A stretch of 64,000 nucleotides of DNA from Candidatus Omnitrophota bacterium (GCA_028280285.1 JANQMA010000013.1:5355-69354), one strand, 5' to 3'; positions 9,242 through 19,662 are shown, counted from the first letter of the stretch. Notes: generated by a model from the letters alone, not told the origin. Translations and numbers: made by a program.

Positions 9242-10446
9242 TGATCCTCACTTGCTTTAAAAATTAGGCTGATTGTTGCTCCTGTCGTGTCGTTATTTTT
9301 AGCACTAATAAAAGCATCGTGCCTGTCCATTATATTCTTAACAACCGAAAGCCCAAGCCCAACGCCGCCTTTGGCCCGTTTGGTCGTAAAAAACGGCTCA
9401 AAAATATGCTTTAATTTATCAGCCTCAATACCGCATCCGTCATCCTGAATCTGAATAATCACTACAGCCTGAGAATTATCCGTATTGCGCCCATCAAACG
9501 TGCCGCAAGTATTTTTTGCCTCAGCCATGGTTGAGGCGAATGTTTTAATCACAATGGCGCCGTTTTTATCAATGGCATGTTCGGCATTTAAAAGAACATT
9601 TAAAATGACCTGATCAATACGATTAGAATCAACGCTGATATTTGGAAGATTCTTCGTATATTCTTTCTTTATTTTAATAAGTTTTTTTTCAAATTGGAAG
9701 GAAATTAAACTTAAAGATTTATCGATCAAATCGTTTATATTGACGAGCTTTGTTTCAACCTCCTTGAGCGCCGCAAAATCTAAAAGATCCATAATGATAT
9801 TATCCGCCCTCTGTGTTGCTTCTCTGATATTATTCACCACGGTATCAAAATTTTTATTGTCGGACTTCACATGGTCCGATAAATAAGTCACCCCGTAAAG
9901 AATAGTGGAAAGCGGATTTTTAACTTCATGGGCAATGCCTGTAGCCAGGCCTCCAACAACCTTCATCTTTTCGGCCTCAATTAAATGCTCTTGCGCTTCT
10001 TGCAAAGCCGTATAAGCGCTCTTTAATTCCGCTTCAATTCTTTTTCGCTCAATGGCATAGTAAATAGTTTTACTGAGAATGTAGGCTGTATACATTCCCT
10101 TAACAAGAAAATCTTCAGCCCCCGCCGCAACGGCCTTAAGCCCCATTTCTTCTTCATTCGCCCCTGTATTAACCACAATAGGCAGCTCAGGAGCTATACG
10201 CGAAATTTGTGTGACCGTATCAATCCCGGCACTATCAGGCAGGTTTAGATCAAGGATAATCGCATCATAAGATTTTTGCCCTATAAACTGCAAGGCCTCA
10301 GAGACAGTGCCTGCCGTATCCAAATCTTTAACAATATGCGCCATGTTTTTAAGCATGGATTCTAAAAGGCGCGTATCAACGGGATTATCTTCAGCGATAA
10401 GAAGGGTAAGCGGTTTTTGTTGATTATTTTCAACGGACAAGGTCAC
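9238..10446 (-). CDS. Receiver-domain histidine kinase (REC-HisKA-HATPase_c)
   Basis: IAEDN and ILDLNLP receiver; H-box AHEVKNPL; NAEHA, DDGCG, FFTTK and GVGLGL boxes. Confidence 0.93.
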   Translation of the reverse strand: MTLSVENNQQKPLTLLIAEDNPVDTRLLESMLKNMAHIVKDLDTAGTVSEALQFIGQKSYDAIILDLNLPDSAGIDTVTQISRIAPELPIVVNTGANEEEMGLKAVAAGAEDFLVKGMYTAYILSKTIYYAIERKRIEAELKSAYTALQEAQEHLIEAEKMKVVGGLATGIAHEVKNPLSTILYGVTYLSDHVKSDNKNFDTVVNNIREATQRADNIIMDLLDFAALKEVETKLVNINDLIDKSLSLISFQFEKKLIKIKKEYTKNLPNISVDSNRIDQVILNVLLNAEHAIDKNGAIVIKTFASTMAEAKNTCGTFDGRNTDNSQAVVIIQIQDDGCGIEADKLKHIFEPFFTTKRAKGGVGLGLSVVKNIMDRHDAFISAKNNDTTGATISLIFKASEDQ

Positions 10447-10447
10447 A

Positions 10448-10879
10448 TTAGCCTCTTATTGTTTCATCAACCAAGTTGTTGTGACTGCCAATAACAACCC
10501 AATGGGCTTCATTCTTTTTCCATGTCATTGTATAGCGGCGGATTACTCTTTTCCCACCTTCAACATTTTTTTCGATCGTAAAGATAAAATATTGCACAAT
10601 GGCAATATCATCATGAATTTCAATCGCAATCGGCCGAAGTTCACAAATGATAATCTCCGTCGATTTGGTCCAGAACCCAACCCATTTTTCAAGCCATGGG
10701 CGATCGATATTGATCGGACTTTCGTGGCCAAACCCTAGAAAGTCAGGGTGGATATACTTGATAAACTCATCCACACGTTTACTGATGAGATGTTCCCAAT
10801 GTTTTTCAATCGAATCCCAAACGCTGTTTTGTTCATCCGTCCAATCGGAAGGTTTATTTGAAGTTAAATCAGACATCAC
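10448..10879 (-). CDS. NTF2/SnoaL-like (DUF4440-type) protein
   Basis: 143 aa with an NTF2-like pattern: YIHPDF, DDIAIV, and RYTMTWKK...WVVIGSH. Confidence 0.7.
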   Translation of the reverse strand: MMSDLTSNKPSDWTDEQNSVWDSIEKHWEHLISKRVDEFIKYIHPDFLGFGHESPINIDRPWLEKWVGFWTKSTEIIICELRPIAIEIHDDIAIVQYFIFTIEKNVEGGKRVIRRYTMTWKKNEAHWVVIGSHNNLVDETIRG

Positions 10880-10934
10880 GCCTCCTCAATTATTGATAAA
10901 ATTCACTCAATCTTAACAGATCATCTATTAGGTT

Positions 10935-11339
10935 TCAATGCTCTTCTAAGGCGCCCTTAATCTGATCGGCCATGGCCGCAAGCTCTTCTTGTCCGGCCTC
11001 TTTGGCATTGGCAAAATTTAAATCAGGTATTCCGCTTATCGGGATTAAATGAATATGCGTATGCGGCACCTCTAAGCCGGCAACCATAAGGCCTACCCTT
11101 TTTTGTGGGGTTACCTGATCAATAGCCTTGGCGACTTTTTTAGCAAAAATCAATATGCCGCCTAAAGTCTCCTCATCATTATCAAATATATAATCAATCT
11201 CTCTTTTAGGAATAACTAATGTGTGGCCCGGGTTAATTGGTTTGACATCCAAAAAAGCAAAAAAACGCTCATCTTCTAAAATCTTATGGCACGGTATTTC
11301 ACCTTGAATAATTTTTGTAAAAAGTCCGGACATGCCCAC
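10935..11339 (-). CDS. HIT family nucleotide hydrolase
   Basis: FLDVKPINPGHTLVIPK and the histidine triad HTHIHLIP. Confidence 0.95.
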   Translation of the reverse strand: MGMSGLFTKIIQGEIPCHKILEDERFFAFLDVKPINPGHTLVIPKREIDYIFDNDEETLGGILIFAKKVAKAIDQVTPQKRVGLMVAGLEVPHTHIHLIPISGIPDLNFANAKEAGQEELAAMADQIKGALEEH

Positions 11340-11344
11340 CCTCC

Positions 11345-12136
11345 TTACTTATTTTTATCTTCCTCTTCAAAGACAGGAAATTTACCTATTAAAGCATTTT
11401 CAACTAAATCTTTAACCTTTTCACTAAAATTTGATGATAAAATCCACTCTAAATACCCTCTATCTTTTTTGACCAACTCTTGCAGACTATATTTGCCCGC
11501 ATACTTACCGAACATGACATACAATTTTTTGTTCCACCAGCGGAATTTACGATTATCATCATAAAATTCAGAAGACGGCTTATAATTAAATTGACCTAAA
11601 TCATCCAGGCCTCCATCAGCTCCGATATATTGATCAACTTGTTGAGTCAGAATATCAAGCGTAGCCTCGGTATCCGCCATGGCCGAATGGGCATTTTCCA
11701 ATCTCTTATCACAATAAAATTTGTAAGCCGCTGTTAAATCACGCGGCTCTTTAAGATGATATATTTTTTGTGCATCAAACACCTTATGCGTTTGCCATTT
11801 AAACTCCAGCCCCCCTTCATTGCATTCACGTTCCAGGAGCGGCAAATCAAACCGGATTAAATTAAACCCTGCCAAATCAGACTCGCCGATAAAGTCAATC
11901 ACTTCCTGGGCCAAATCCTTAAAAACGGGCGCATCATGCACATCCGCATCGGTAATACCTGTTAACAGTGTTACGTCTTTGGGGATTGATATTTGAGGAT
12001 TAACGCGTTTTTCGTATGTTTGCCTCTGACCGTCACGTGTGACTTTGATAAGCGCGATCTCGATTATTTTGTCCCTTTCAACCCATGTACCGGTGGTCTC
12101 TAAGTCTAAAACAACCAAATCATTAGTCAATTGCAT
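11345..12136 (-). CDS. DEDDh 3'-5' exonuclease (DnaQ/epsilon-like) with C-terminal FGKY module
   Basis: DLETTG, FNLIRFD and AHSAMAD motifs; C-terminal MFGKY...YLEWI. Confidence 0.9.
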   Translation of the reverse strand: MQLTNDLVVLDLETTGTWVERDKIIEIALIKVTRDGQRQTYEKRVNPQISIPKDVTLLTGITDADVHDAPVFKDLAQEVIDFIGESDLAGFNLIRFDLPLLERECNEGGLEFKWQTHKVFDAQKIYHLKEPRDLTAAYKFYCDKRLENAHSAMADTEATLDILTQQVDQYIGADGGLDDLGQFNYKPSSEFYDDNRKFRWWNKKLYVMFGKYAGKYSLQELVKKDRGYLEWILSSNFSEKVKDLVENALIGKFPVFEEEDKNK

Positions 12137-12161
12137 GCTGTACCTTTCTATGCTGCGGAAT

Positions 12162-12207
12162 AAAAAACCCCGGCCGCTTTGCTGTACAAAGCGAAGCAGC
12201 CGGGGTT
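12162..12207 (-). terminator. Intrinsic terminator after the csp gene
   Basis: Minus strand reads AACCCCGGCTGCTTCGCTTTGTACAGCAAAGCGGCCGGGGTTTTTT: a long GC stem followed by a U-tract. Confidence 0.85.
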
Positions 12208-12220
12208 GGATAAAACTTAT

Positions 12221-12421
12221 CTAAATGCGCACAACGTTTTGTGCTTGATCGCCTTTTGGCCCATCAATAACTTCAAATTCAACATCCTGACCTTCGTCAA
12301 GCGACTTGTATCCTTCCCCTTGGATTGCGGAATAGTGAACAAAGACATCACTTCCTTCCTCATTGGTAATAAACCCATATCCTTTAGGATTGCTAAACCA
12401 TTTTACTTTCCCTTTGGCCAT
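12221..12421 (-). CDS. cspA: Cold-shock protein
   Basis: GKVKWF, KGYGFI (RNP1) and DVFVHYSAI (RNP2); 66 aa; GAGGAG Shine-Dalgarno. Confidence 0.97.
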   Translation of the reverse strand: MAKGKVKWFSNPKGYGFITNEEGSDVFVHYSAIQGEGYKSLDEGQDVEFEVIDGPKGDQAQNVVRI

Positions 12422-12461
12422 TTGACGTCTCCTCTGTTAATCATTGTACTTGTGTTCAAAC

Positions 12462-12503
12462 AAAAACCCCAGTCGCTTTGTCGCCTAAGCAAAGCAGCCG
12501 GGG
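12462..12503 (-). terminator. Terminator-like hairpin in the csp leader, similar to the downstream terminator
   Basis: Minus strand reads CCCCGGCTGCTTTGCTTAGGCGACAAAGCGACTGGGGTTTTT, about 40 nt before the csp ATG. Confidence 0.65.
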
Positions 12504-12587
12504 AAAATTGATCACATCTAAAACTAAAACAAACTTGTTTAACAAACGTTCCATAAATAATTCTGTATCAGCGTTTTATCTGTTATC

Positions 12588-12616
12588 AGTATCGCGAAAA
12601 TAGAAAGTATTGTCAA
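12588..12616 (-). promoter_or_regulatory. Putative sigma70 promoter for csp
   Basis: TTGACA (12616-12611), 17-nt spacer, GATACT (12593-12588). Confidence 0.6.
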
Positions 12617-13774
12617 TTAAATATTCACAAATTTTACTTCAAAACTCCCAATACTCTCGAACACTTCCTTCAAAATATCTTTTTGCCAGCTCATTAAATC
12701 TACCTTTTTAAAGGCCGCCTTAAAACCTAAATTTTTTTGCATTTTAAGAAATATCGTCAAATCGCTATTCGAAACAATTAAAGAAGGCCTTAAGCCGAGA
12801 TCTTTTGCCTTTTTATTTATCTGCGATTTAACTAAAGTAAAATACTCTTTACTAATAACCCTGACAGGCCTTTCCTCTGTTTTTTTCTCCGGCCATTTTT
12901 CCTGTGGCATTTGCGCTGCCTTTTCTAATTGCTTTAAAATGCTTACATGATAATCCTGCTTCACATTTTTAGGCACTTTAAACTCATGTCGAATAATTTT
13001 AGAGCGACACTGTACGGCAATTTGAGTAAATCGCAAAAGAAATTGATTCGACATAATTTTAAAACTCGGCTTATCCTGTTTTCGCGCCTCCTGATCTCTC
13101 CATGTCCATAGATGCTTTAAATAATTAAGCTCTTTACGTTCGAGAACTCCTGACCCTTTAATGCGCCAGACTTCTTCCCGTTTTTTTTGAACTTTAACCG
13201 ACCGGGCAACTTTTTGACACCACTCTTCATGCCAGGACTCACGCCCCAATTCTTTCAACTTTTCTTTCAGCATGCGGTGTAAGTCAATTAAATACGCAAC
13301 ATCTGTCCCAGCGTACAACAATTGTTTTTCTGATAATGGACGCTTACCCCAATTGGATTTCTGACTTGATTTAGAGATAGTTTGATCGAAATATTCTTCG
13401 AGAAGTGCGGCAAGACTAAAGGCCGTATTACCTAATAATTCCGCAGCAAGCATGGTGTCAAATACGCCTACTTGCGGATCAAATCCGTAATGGATATAAA
13501 GCATACGCAAATCATAGTCAGCCCCGTGGAGTACAAGCAACTTGTCTTTGAGGCATGCAAAAAGATCCTGACAATTTAAATCATCTAAAGGATCAATAAT
13601 AAAAATATTTTGTGAAGTGGCTAACTGGATAAGACATACTTTATCCTTGTACGAATAAAGGCTGCTCCCTTCGGTATCAAGAGCGATCACAGACTCGGCG
13701 CCAATACGTGCAATACATTGATCGAGAAGCTCTTTCGAGTCAACATACGTATAGTGAACATCCGCCACAGACAT
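12617..13774 (-). CDS. rnd: Ribonuclease D (DEDDy + HRDC)
   Basis: ALDTEG, HGADYD, DTMLA and NWGKRPLSEKQLLYAGTD motifs; HRDC region WRDQEARKQDKP. Confidence 0.9.
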   Translation of the reverse strand: MSVADVHYTYVDSKELLDQCIARIGAESVIALDTEGSSLYSYKDKVCLIQLATSQNIFIIDPLDDLNCQDLFACLKDKLLVLHGADYDLRMLYIHYGFDPQVGVFDTMLAAELLGNTAFSLAALLEEYFDQTISKSSQKSNWGKRPLSEKQLLYAGTDVAYLIDLHRMLKEKLKELGRESWHEEWCQKVARSVKVQKKREEVWRIKGSGVLERKELNYLKHLWTWRDQEARKQDKPSFKIMSNQFLLRFTQIAVQCRSKIIRHEFKVPKNVKQDYHVSILKQLEKAAQMPQEKWPEKKTEERPVRVISKEYFTLVKSQINKKAKDLGLRPSLIVSNSDLTIFLKMQKNLGFKAAFKKVDLMSWQKDILKEVFESIGSFEVKFVNI

Positions 13775-13779
13775 AACGA

Positions 13780-15150
13780 TTATGCCTTCTCTTTAAAATA
13801 CTGGTCAACGAGCTTGACCGCAGCGCCAGTATAGGCATCAGGAGTCAATTGTTTCATCGTCTCTTTGACATCTTCGGGAACGCATTTAAGCGAATCAATA
13901 AACACCGCTAATTCAGACGCAGTTATTTTAGATCCCCGTGTCAATTCTTTAAGTTTCTCATAAGGATTCTCTTCGCCGTAAACACGCATAACCGTTTGAA
14001 CCGGCTCTGCCAGAAGCTCCCAATTAACCTCTAACTCTTTGGCTATAACATCTTTACTAATATCAACTTTGTTGAGTCCTTTAAGCGTCGACTTAACCCC
14101 AAGCAAAACATATCCGAACACAGCGCCTAAATTTCGCAAAACCGTGCTGTCTGTCAAATCCCTTTGCATACGCGAATTAAGCAGCTTAACCGCCATATGA
14201 TTCATAAGTGCAATCGCCAACCCCAGATTACCTTCTGCATTCTCAAAATCAATCGGATTTACCTTGTGTGGCATGGTGGATGAACCCACTTCACCACTTT
14301 TAAGCTTCTGTTTAAAATAATTGATAGATATGTAGTTCCACATATCCCGATCCAAATCAATGATAATCGAAGAAAGCCGCACAAGGCTGTGCAGTATGCG
14401 AGCGATATAGCTGTAAGAATTGATCTGTGTGGTGTATTTAAGCTGTTTAAGCCCTAGGTATTCTTTGAGAAAAGTTTGTGTCTGCGCAGGCCAGTCAATA
14501 TCCGTATATGCAGCTAAATGCGCATTAAAGTTACCTGTTGCTCCATTGATTTTACCTTCAACCGCTATACCATTAAGAAGAATCAGTTCATCGTTTATAC
14601 GGGCGGCAAAATTGATAAATTCTTTACCCACGGTTGTTGGACTCGCTGGCTGACCATGCGTGCGCGACATCATGGCAATATTTTTATTATCATGGGCCAA
14701 TTGTTCTAATTTAATTAAAAGCGCCTCCAGTTCCTTTACAACAACCCCCCGCCCCTCTTGGATCATTAAACAATAGGCCAAATTATTAATATCCTCGGAG
14801 GTGCAGGCAAAATGAACCCACTCTTTAATCGAAGAAAGCCCTAATGCATCCAACTGCTCCTTGATATAGTACTCAACCGCCTTAACATCATGATTGGTTG
14901 TTGCCTCGATGGCTTTAATGGCCGCTGCGCTTTCACCATCAAATTTATCCGCAATAGATAAGATATTTTTATAATCTGCATCCGCCGCTTCAAATAAGTT
15001 GAGCCCTTTGGAAAGAAACACCAGCCACTGGCATTCCACATAAACACGACGTTTATGCAGACCAAACTCGGAAAATATAGGCGTTAATTCCTTTATTTTG
15101 TCACAATAACGCCCGTCTAACGCACTTAACGATTGGATATTCTCATTCAT
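13780..15150 (-). CDS. purB: Adenylosuccinate lyase
   Basis: SALDGRY, TNHDVKAVEY, HFACTSEDINN, RTHGQPA and the signature GSSTMPHKVNPIDFEN. Confidence 0.98.
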   Translation of the reverse strand: MNENIQSLSALDGRYCDKIKELTPIFSEFGLHKRRVYVECQWLVFLSKGLNLFEAADADYKNILSIADKFDGESAAAIKAIEATTNHDVKAVEYYIKEQLDALGLSSIKEWVHFACTSEDINNLAYCLMIQEGRGVVVKELEALLIKLEQLAHDNKNIAMMSRTHGQPASPTTVGKEFINFAARINDELILLNGIAVEGKINGATGNFNAHLAAYTDIDWPAQTQTFLKEYLGLKQLKYTTQINSYSYIARILHSLVRLSSIIIDLDRDMWNYISINYFKQKLKSGEVGSSTMPHKVNPIDFENAEGNLGLAIALMNHMAVKLLNSRMQRDLTDSTVLRNLGAVFGYVLLGVKSTLKGLNKVDISKDVIAKELEVNWELLAEPVQTVMRVYGEENPYEKLKELTRGSKITASELAVFIDSLKCVPEDVKETMKQLTPDAYTGAAVKLVDQYFKEKA

Positions 15151-15245
15151 TGATTATGTATCTTTATTTAGGCTTTTTATCAACTAATCAAAGCTATGTT
15201 AAAATTATGAACATCAATTTTAACTGATATATATAGAAAGTCAAA

Positions 15246-16334
15246 TTAAGGTTTGCGGGCTTGATCCAAAAACTTCATAATCTCAGCCACGACAATCTTA
15301 TTGCCTTTTTCATTCAAATGAAAGTCACGCGGCGGGCCATTATAAAGCTCTAAAACATTGTCTTTATGTGCTTTAAATACCTCGATCAGATTAATATAAG
15401 CAATTTGATTAACCTCAAGGAAATTAATTAAGATGTCTTCATGACGGTTTTGTGGTTGATCAAAGACAGAAACCAACTCCGGCTGAATCAGATAAATCAT
15501 TGTAATACCTCGATCACTTAAATACCGGTGAATCTGCCCTAAATAGGCTAAATGCTCCTGCCAATACGGCGCTAAATCATCTGCATAAGGATCCCTAATG
15601 GATTGACAGGCATGATAATGCCATGACGCATAAAGGGAATCTTCAAGTGTACCGTGCTCTTCTTTGAGTATGTTCTTAACGCGGGGATCATCAATCTTAC
15701 TCAACCAGCGGTTATATTTAGACTGCACATATAGTCCTAAAATAGAACGGAAAAAATTAGATTTCACCCACCACTTTTCAGGAGCATCATTTTTAATCTC
15801 TTCATAAAAAGGCACCTCTCGGCGCAAATCGTCTAAATCATTTCCAAAAAAGTTTATAATAACAATGTGCGGATCAAGCTGAATGCCTTTTTCTTTTAAA
15901 TAATACCAATGATCTTTAATGCCCGTATTTCCAATTCCGGCATTCAGCACAAGCGTACCGGTACTATTTAATTCTTGTTGAAGCAAATAAGGATACGTTT
16001 TATCATCATCAACAAATAGTCCAAACGTAAAGGAATCACCTATGCAGAGAATTCTTTGCTTGTATTCATCCGGATTCTTAAACGAGCTTATAACACCTGT
16101 ATCTCTTAAACCCAAATCATTGATCGTCGCTTCATACGGTTTATGCCCGGGAAATAGAAGACGTTTTTGTTGATTCGGCTCAAAATATCCGAAACTCAGC
16201 TTTGCGCTTTTTTCATCAACCATATCCAATTTGAAATAGTTGTTTCCGGCAAATAGACCACAAAAAAGTTCAATCGCAATAAATAAAACACCCCAAATAA
16301 AAAACAGAAAAAATAATGGTTTTAGTATTTTCAT
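15246..16334 (-). CDS. Membrane-anchored SGNH/GDSL hydrolase
   Basis: N-terminal TM; GDSFTFG, NAGIG, FGND and DFHLN blocks. Confidence 0.88.
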   Translation of the reverse strand: MKILKPLFFLFFIWGVLFIAIELFCGLFAGNNYFKLDMVDEKSAKLSFGYFEPNQQKRLLFPGHKPYEATINDLGLRDTGVISSFKNPDEYKQRILCIGDSFTFGLFVDDDKTYPYLLQQELNSTGTLVLNAGIGNTGIKDHWYYLKEKGIQLDPHIVIINFFGNDLDDLRREVPFYEEIKNDAPEKWWVKSNFFRSILGLYVQSKYNRWLSKIDDPRVKNILKEEHGTLEDSLYASWHYHACQSIRDPYADDLAPYWQEHLAYLGQIHRYLSDRGITMIYLIQPELVSVFDQPQNRHEDILINFLEVNQIAYINLIEVFKAHKDNVLELYNGPPRDFHLNEKGNKIVVAEIMKFLDQARKP

Positions 16335-17659
16335 TTTTTTGTAAACGGGAAGGTCTGGCAGGAGCTACACAAAGATTTTTCTTCCATGCATAAATAAAGT
16401 TTGACATCAGAGTGGTGCTGACGAATCCATTTAGTCATATTTTGATAGATAGTTGAACGGGTACGGTGATCATAACGTATCTTTTGATCATGACCCAAAA
16501 TCATTTCTTCATCTAATATAGTATTATCCGGAAAACGGTTTTCAATTGCTTTACGTAAACTGTTGGTCATGCGCAGCGTCCCCAAACTGAGCCAGGCAAT
16601 ACTTTTGGGAGAAATATTTTTATAGATCGTATCTATAATACGTTTATACTCCTTTTCAGCGCCTTCGTATTGAAAAATCGGATCAAAATGAAAGCCAACA
16701 GAATACCCTGCCTGGGCGCATTTAACCGCTGCCGCTATCCTCTCGTCAAAACTGGCCGTAAAATGTTCAATGCTGTTGGTTATTCGTGATGTGTTAATAC
16801 TCCAGGCGATAACAATATTCGCTGCCGCCTTGACCTTAAACAAGTTATCTATATTCACACTTTTTGTTTTAAATTCAAACTGACTACGGGGATAACCACG
16901 GAAAAACTCAACAATCTTTGGAGAATACTCTGTGATATGATCAAAGACAAGCGAATCGCTATACTCCCCACTTCCGATCCGAATATCTTGCCGGTATTTT
17001 TTAAATTCCTCAAAGAAATCATCAATATTCCCCGGTAAAACAATTCCAGGGGCATTAATAAAACCCTGTAGATAACAATAACTGCAGTCAAATGCACAAC
17101 CACTTCCCAAATTGACAATGTGCAGCCCGCAGGCAACTGTATGCGGTGAACATGGGCAATTTTTAAAAAAATCATATTTTTCACGCACAATATAAAAATG
17201 ATCGAGACGATTATTATAGTCTTTAATAGAATAGGATTTATTTTGAATAAACTGATTATACTGATCGATCACATGTGTTTTGGCCTGAGGAAAGTGTTGT
17301 TTAACACGCTTGGCTAAATCACTCGTTTCAACCTCTTTTTCAATATAGATGTTGGCTGGAGACAAAGTGCGCTTGGAAACATCGGCTTTTAAATCAGGGT
17401 CAATATCCACTTTACCCAAATAAAAATCTTTGGCCGGATATACTTTGCTTAGTGTGGGATACCGCCTGCTGACAAGGGCTTTTTTAACATCATGAAAATT
17501 AAGGCCACTAGTTGGCATTTGATCAATAATATCCCTCGCCTTAAATCCGTCGCGCTTGGTGATTTCATACAGCAGCCGGGCAATTTGGATCTGTTTTGTT
17601 TCCCCAAAATGGGCGAAAGAAGTCGCTACAATATTGTTAAGTTCTTTAATATCAGTCAT
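16331..17659 (-). CDS. Spore-photoproduct-lyase-like radical SAM protein with N-terminal extension
   Basis: GCAFDCSYCYLQ (CxxxCxxC), GEYSDSL, FKTKS, HFDPI and YLCME. Start placed at MTDIKE. Confidence 0.85.
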   Translation of the reverse strand: MTDIKELNNIVATSFAHFGETKQIQIARLLYEITKRDGFKARDIIDQMPTSGLNFHDVKKALVSRRYPTLSKVYPAKDFYLGKVDIDPDLKADVSKRTLSPANIYIEKEVETSDLAKRVKQHFPQAKTHVIDQYNQFIQNKSYSIKDYNNRLDHFYIVREKYDFFKNCPCSPHTVACGLHIVNLGSGCAFDCSYCYLQGFINAPGIVLPGNIDDFFEEFKKYRQDIRIGSGEYSDSLVFDHITEYSPKIVEFFRGYPRSQFEFKTKSVNIDNLFKVKAAANIVIAWSINTSRITNSIEHFTASFDERIAAAVKCAQAGYSVGFHFDPIFQYEGAEKEYKRIIDTIYKNISPKSIAWLSLGTLRMTNSLRKAIENRFPDNTILDEEMILGHDQKIRYDHRTRSTIYQNMTKWIRQHHSDVKLYLCMEEKSLCSSCQTFPFTKK

Positions 17660-17727
17660 AAATGAAAATTGGCGTTTAACAGGAAGGTATATTACCACTC
17701 CTCGGGCTATTTAGGGGAATTTTTTGT

Positions 17728-18849
17728 TCAGCACTCTTTAAATAAAATACCGCCTTTTTCTGTCTGTTTAACCTCAAGCAGTGCCGCATCAGCTGTTTTA
17801 ATCAATTTTTTCGGGCTAATATTTTTGCCCGGAACAAATTGTGAAACACCAAAACTAGCGGAAACTTTGATTTTTTTTCCATCATGTTCAAAACTCAAAT
17901 TTTTAATCACATCAGAAATTGATATTAAGCGGTTGACGATTTGCTCAGGCTCTCCATCTCCAAAAAGCATCATAAACTCATCACCCCCGTAACGTCCGAT
18001 ATCTGTGCCTTCACGTACAGATTGTTTAACTGTCTTGATAATTTTTTTAAGAACAGCATCTCCAAATGTGTGACCTAAAGTATCATTTAAGTCTTTAAAA
18101 TGATCAATATCAAATATGATGAAATAAAACCCTTCATCGGTAAATATTGATTTTGTAATCCTTCGCTCCAGTCTTTTAATAAAATGTTTACGATTAAACG
18201 TTTGTGTCAGCCCGTCAATTTCGGCTTCCGTTTTAGCAGCCTCATAAGATCGCTCAAGCTTCTCTTCGCTTTCACGCAGCTTTTCACGTATCACAAACTC
18301 TTTTTCATACTGATTAGCATAAAGATTGCCGATGATGGCCATAAAAATCATTGTGGAGGTGAGAAAAAATAATGCATGAAACAAATAAAATAAGTCCACA
18401 GTTGCCGGCGACAAAAGCGTTGCAATAACATACATCGCCAGAATCCCAACATAGATGACAATGTTATACCCGGTGCGGAAACTATTAGCCATGAACATTC
18501 CTATAACAACCAGATTTAAACCCTGATAATAAGGACTAACAGAACCCTCCGTTATATTGATCATCAGACAAATACCGCCGGCTGTAAAAATACCGACAAA
18601 AATACAAAGCCACACAGCATATCGCGTAAAGTTGCTAAGTAAGGTCAAACAATAAATCGCCAATAAACCTGCCGTTACCGCCAGACGAATAATAAAAAAT
18701 AGGGCCAGAGGATAATTGCCATAGATAAAAAAGTCTAGAGCAAAAAAGGAAAGATACAAAACAATCGCAACTATTAACGCCAAACGTAGCCGGATAGTCG
18801 TTATTAAATTAATTTCTGTTAAGTATTTTGTTTGGAGCTGTTTATTCAC
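17728..18849 (-). CDS. Membrane-bound diguanylate cyclase
   Basis: Several N-terminal TM helices; DGLT, DIDHFK, GD and RYGGDEF motifs. Confidence 0.93.
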   Translation of the reverse strand: MNKQLQTKYLTEINLITTIRLRLALIVAIVLYLSFFALDFFIYGNYPLALFFIIRLAVTAGLLAIYCLTLLSNFTRYAVWLCIFVGIFTAGGICLMINITEGSVSPYYQGLNLVVIGMFMANSFRTGYNIVIYVGILAMYVIATLLSPATVDLFYLFHALFFLTSTMIFMAIIGNLYANQYEKEFVIREKLRESEEKLERSYEAAKTEAEIDGLTQTFNRKHFIKRLERRITKSIFTDEGFYFIIFDIDHFKDLNDTLGHTFGDAVLKKIIKTVKQSVREGTDIGRYGGDEFMMLFGDGEPEQIVNRLISISDVIKNLSFEHDGKKIKVSASFGVSQFVPGKNISPKKLIKTADAALLEVKQTEKGGILFKEC

Positions 18850-18888
18850 TTCTGTATCCCAGATGAGGGCAAATAGACGAAATCAACT

Positions 18889-19662
18889 TCAGCCTAAGCG
18901 GAAGGCTTCATTGACACTTTTCAAAATCTCTGCCGGGTTAATATATTCAATTAGAGTTGTGACATTTGTTTTTTGGGAAACAGTTTGTAAAATTTGTTTT
19001 GCTTGCAAGGACGACTTATCAGGCGTATAAAGCACGCAGTTTATTTTAGCTGTTTTGGCCATTTGATAAAGACGCAACACCAGCAAATCTCCTGGAATAT
19101 CATCGAGGTTAAGCGCAACAAGCGCTATATCCGGCTGAAGGCCTATCATCTCCTCTATCGCCTCTATTCCGGAAGCAGAAGTACGGACGGCATAACCGTC
19201 GTTTTTAAACATCGCTTCAATATCTTCAAGCACATTCGCATCACTTTCAACAATAAAGACATCCTTCCCCACTTTGACCTTGCCTGCATCCCGGTCTTGA
19301 AAAACAGCCTTAATCTCATCTAAAATTTGTTGCGGGCTATAAGGTTTTGCAATAAAACCGGCTACATTAAGCTCCATAAACATTTTCTCCATATCAGCCC
19401 TGCCGGTTGAAACAAATATGGGATACTTCGGTTGCTCATCATCACAAATCTTTTCATAAAACTCAACGCCGCCCATGTTTGGCATATTAATATCAAGAAT
19501 AATTAGATCCGGGATTTCCGCTTCGGCCACTTCAAGACCTTTAAGCCCATCATTAGCCATACTGACATGAAAGCCGTTTTTTGTCAAAAATGCCTGAAGC
19601 GTTTGGCAAACGTCTTTTTCATCATCAATAATTAAAATTTTCTGAGCCATAAAATACCTCAC
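18889..19662 (-). CDS. Tandem receiver-domain protein (second domain lacks the phospho-Asp)
   Basis: REC1 has IIDDE, ILDINMP and AKP. REC2 reads IVESD...DIALVALNL, with Ala at the Asp position. Confidence 0.85.
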   Translation of the reverse strand: MRYFMAQKILIIDDEKDVCQTLQAFLTKNGFHVSMANDGLKGLEVAEAEIPDLIILDINMPNMGGVEFYEKICDDEQPKYPIFVSTGRADMEKMFMELNVAGFIAKPYSPQQILDEIKAVFQDRDAGKVKVGKDVFIVESDANVLEDIEAMFKNDGYAVRTSASGIEAIEEMIGLQPDIALVALNLDDIPGDLLVLRLYQMAKTAKINCVLYTPDKSSLQAKQILQTVSQKTNVTTLIEYINPAEILKSVNEAFRLG

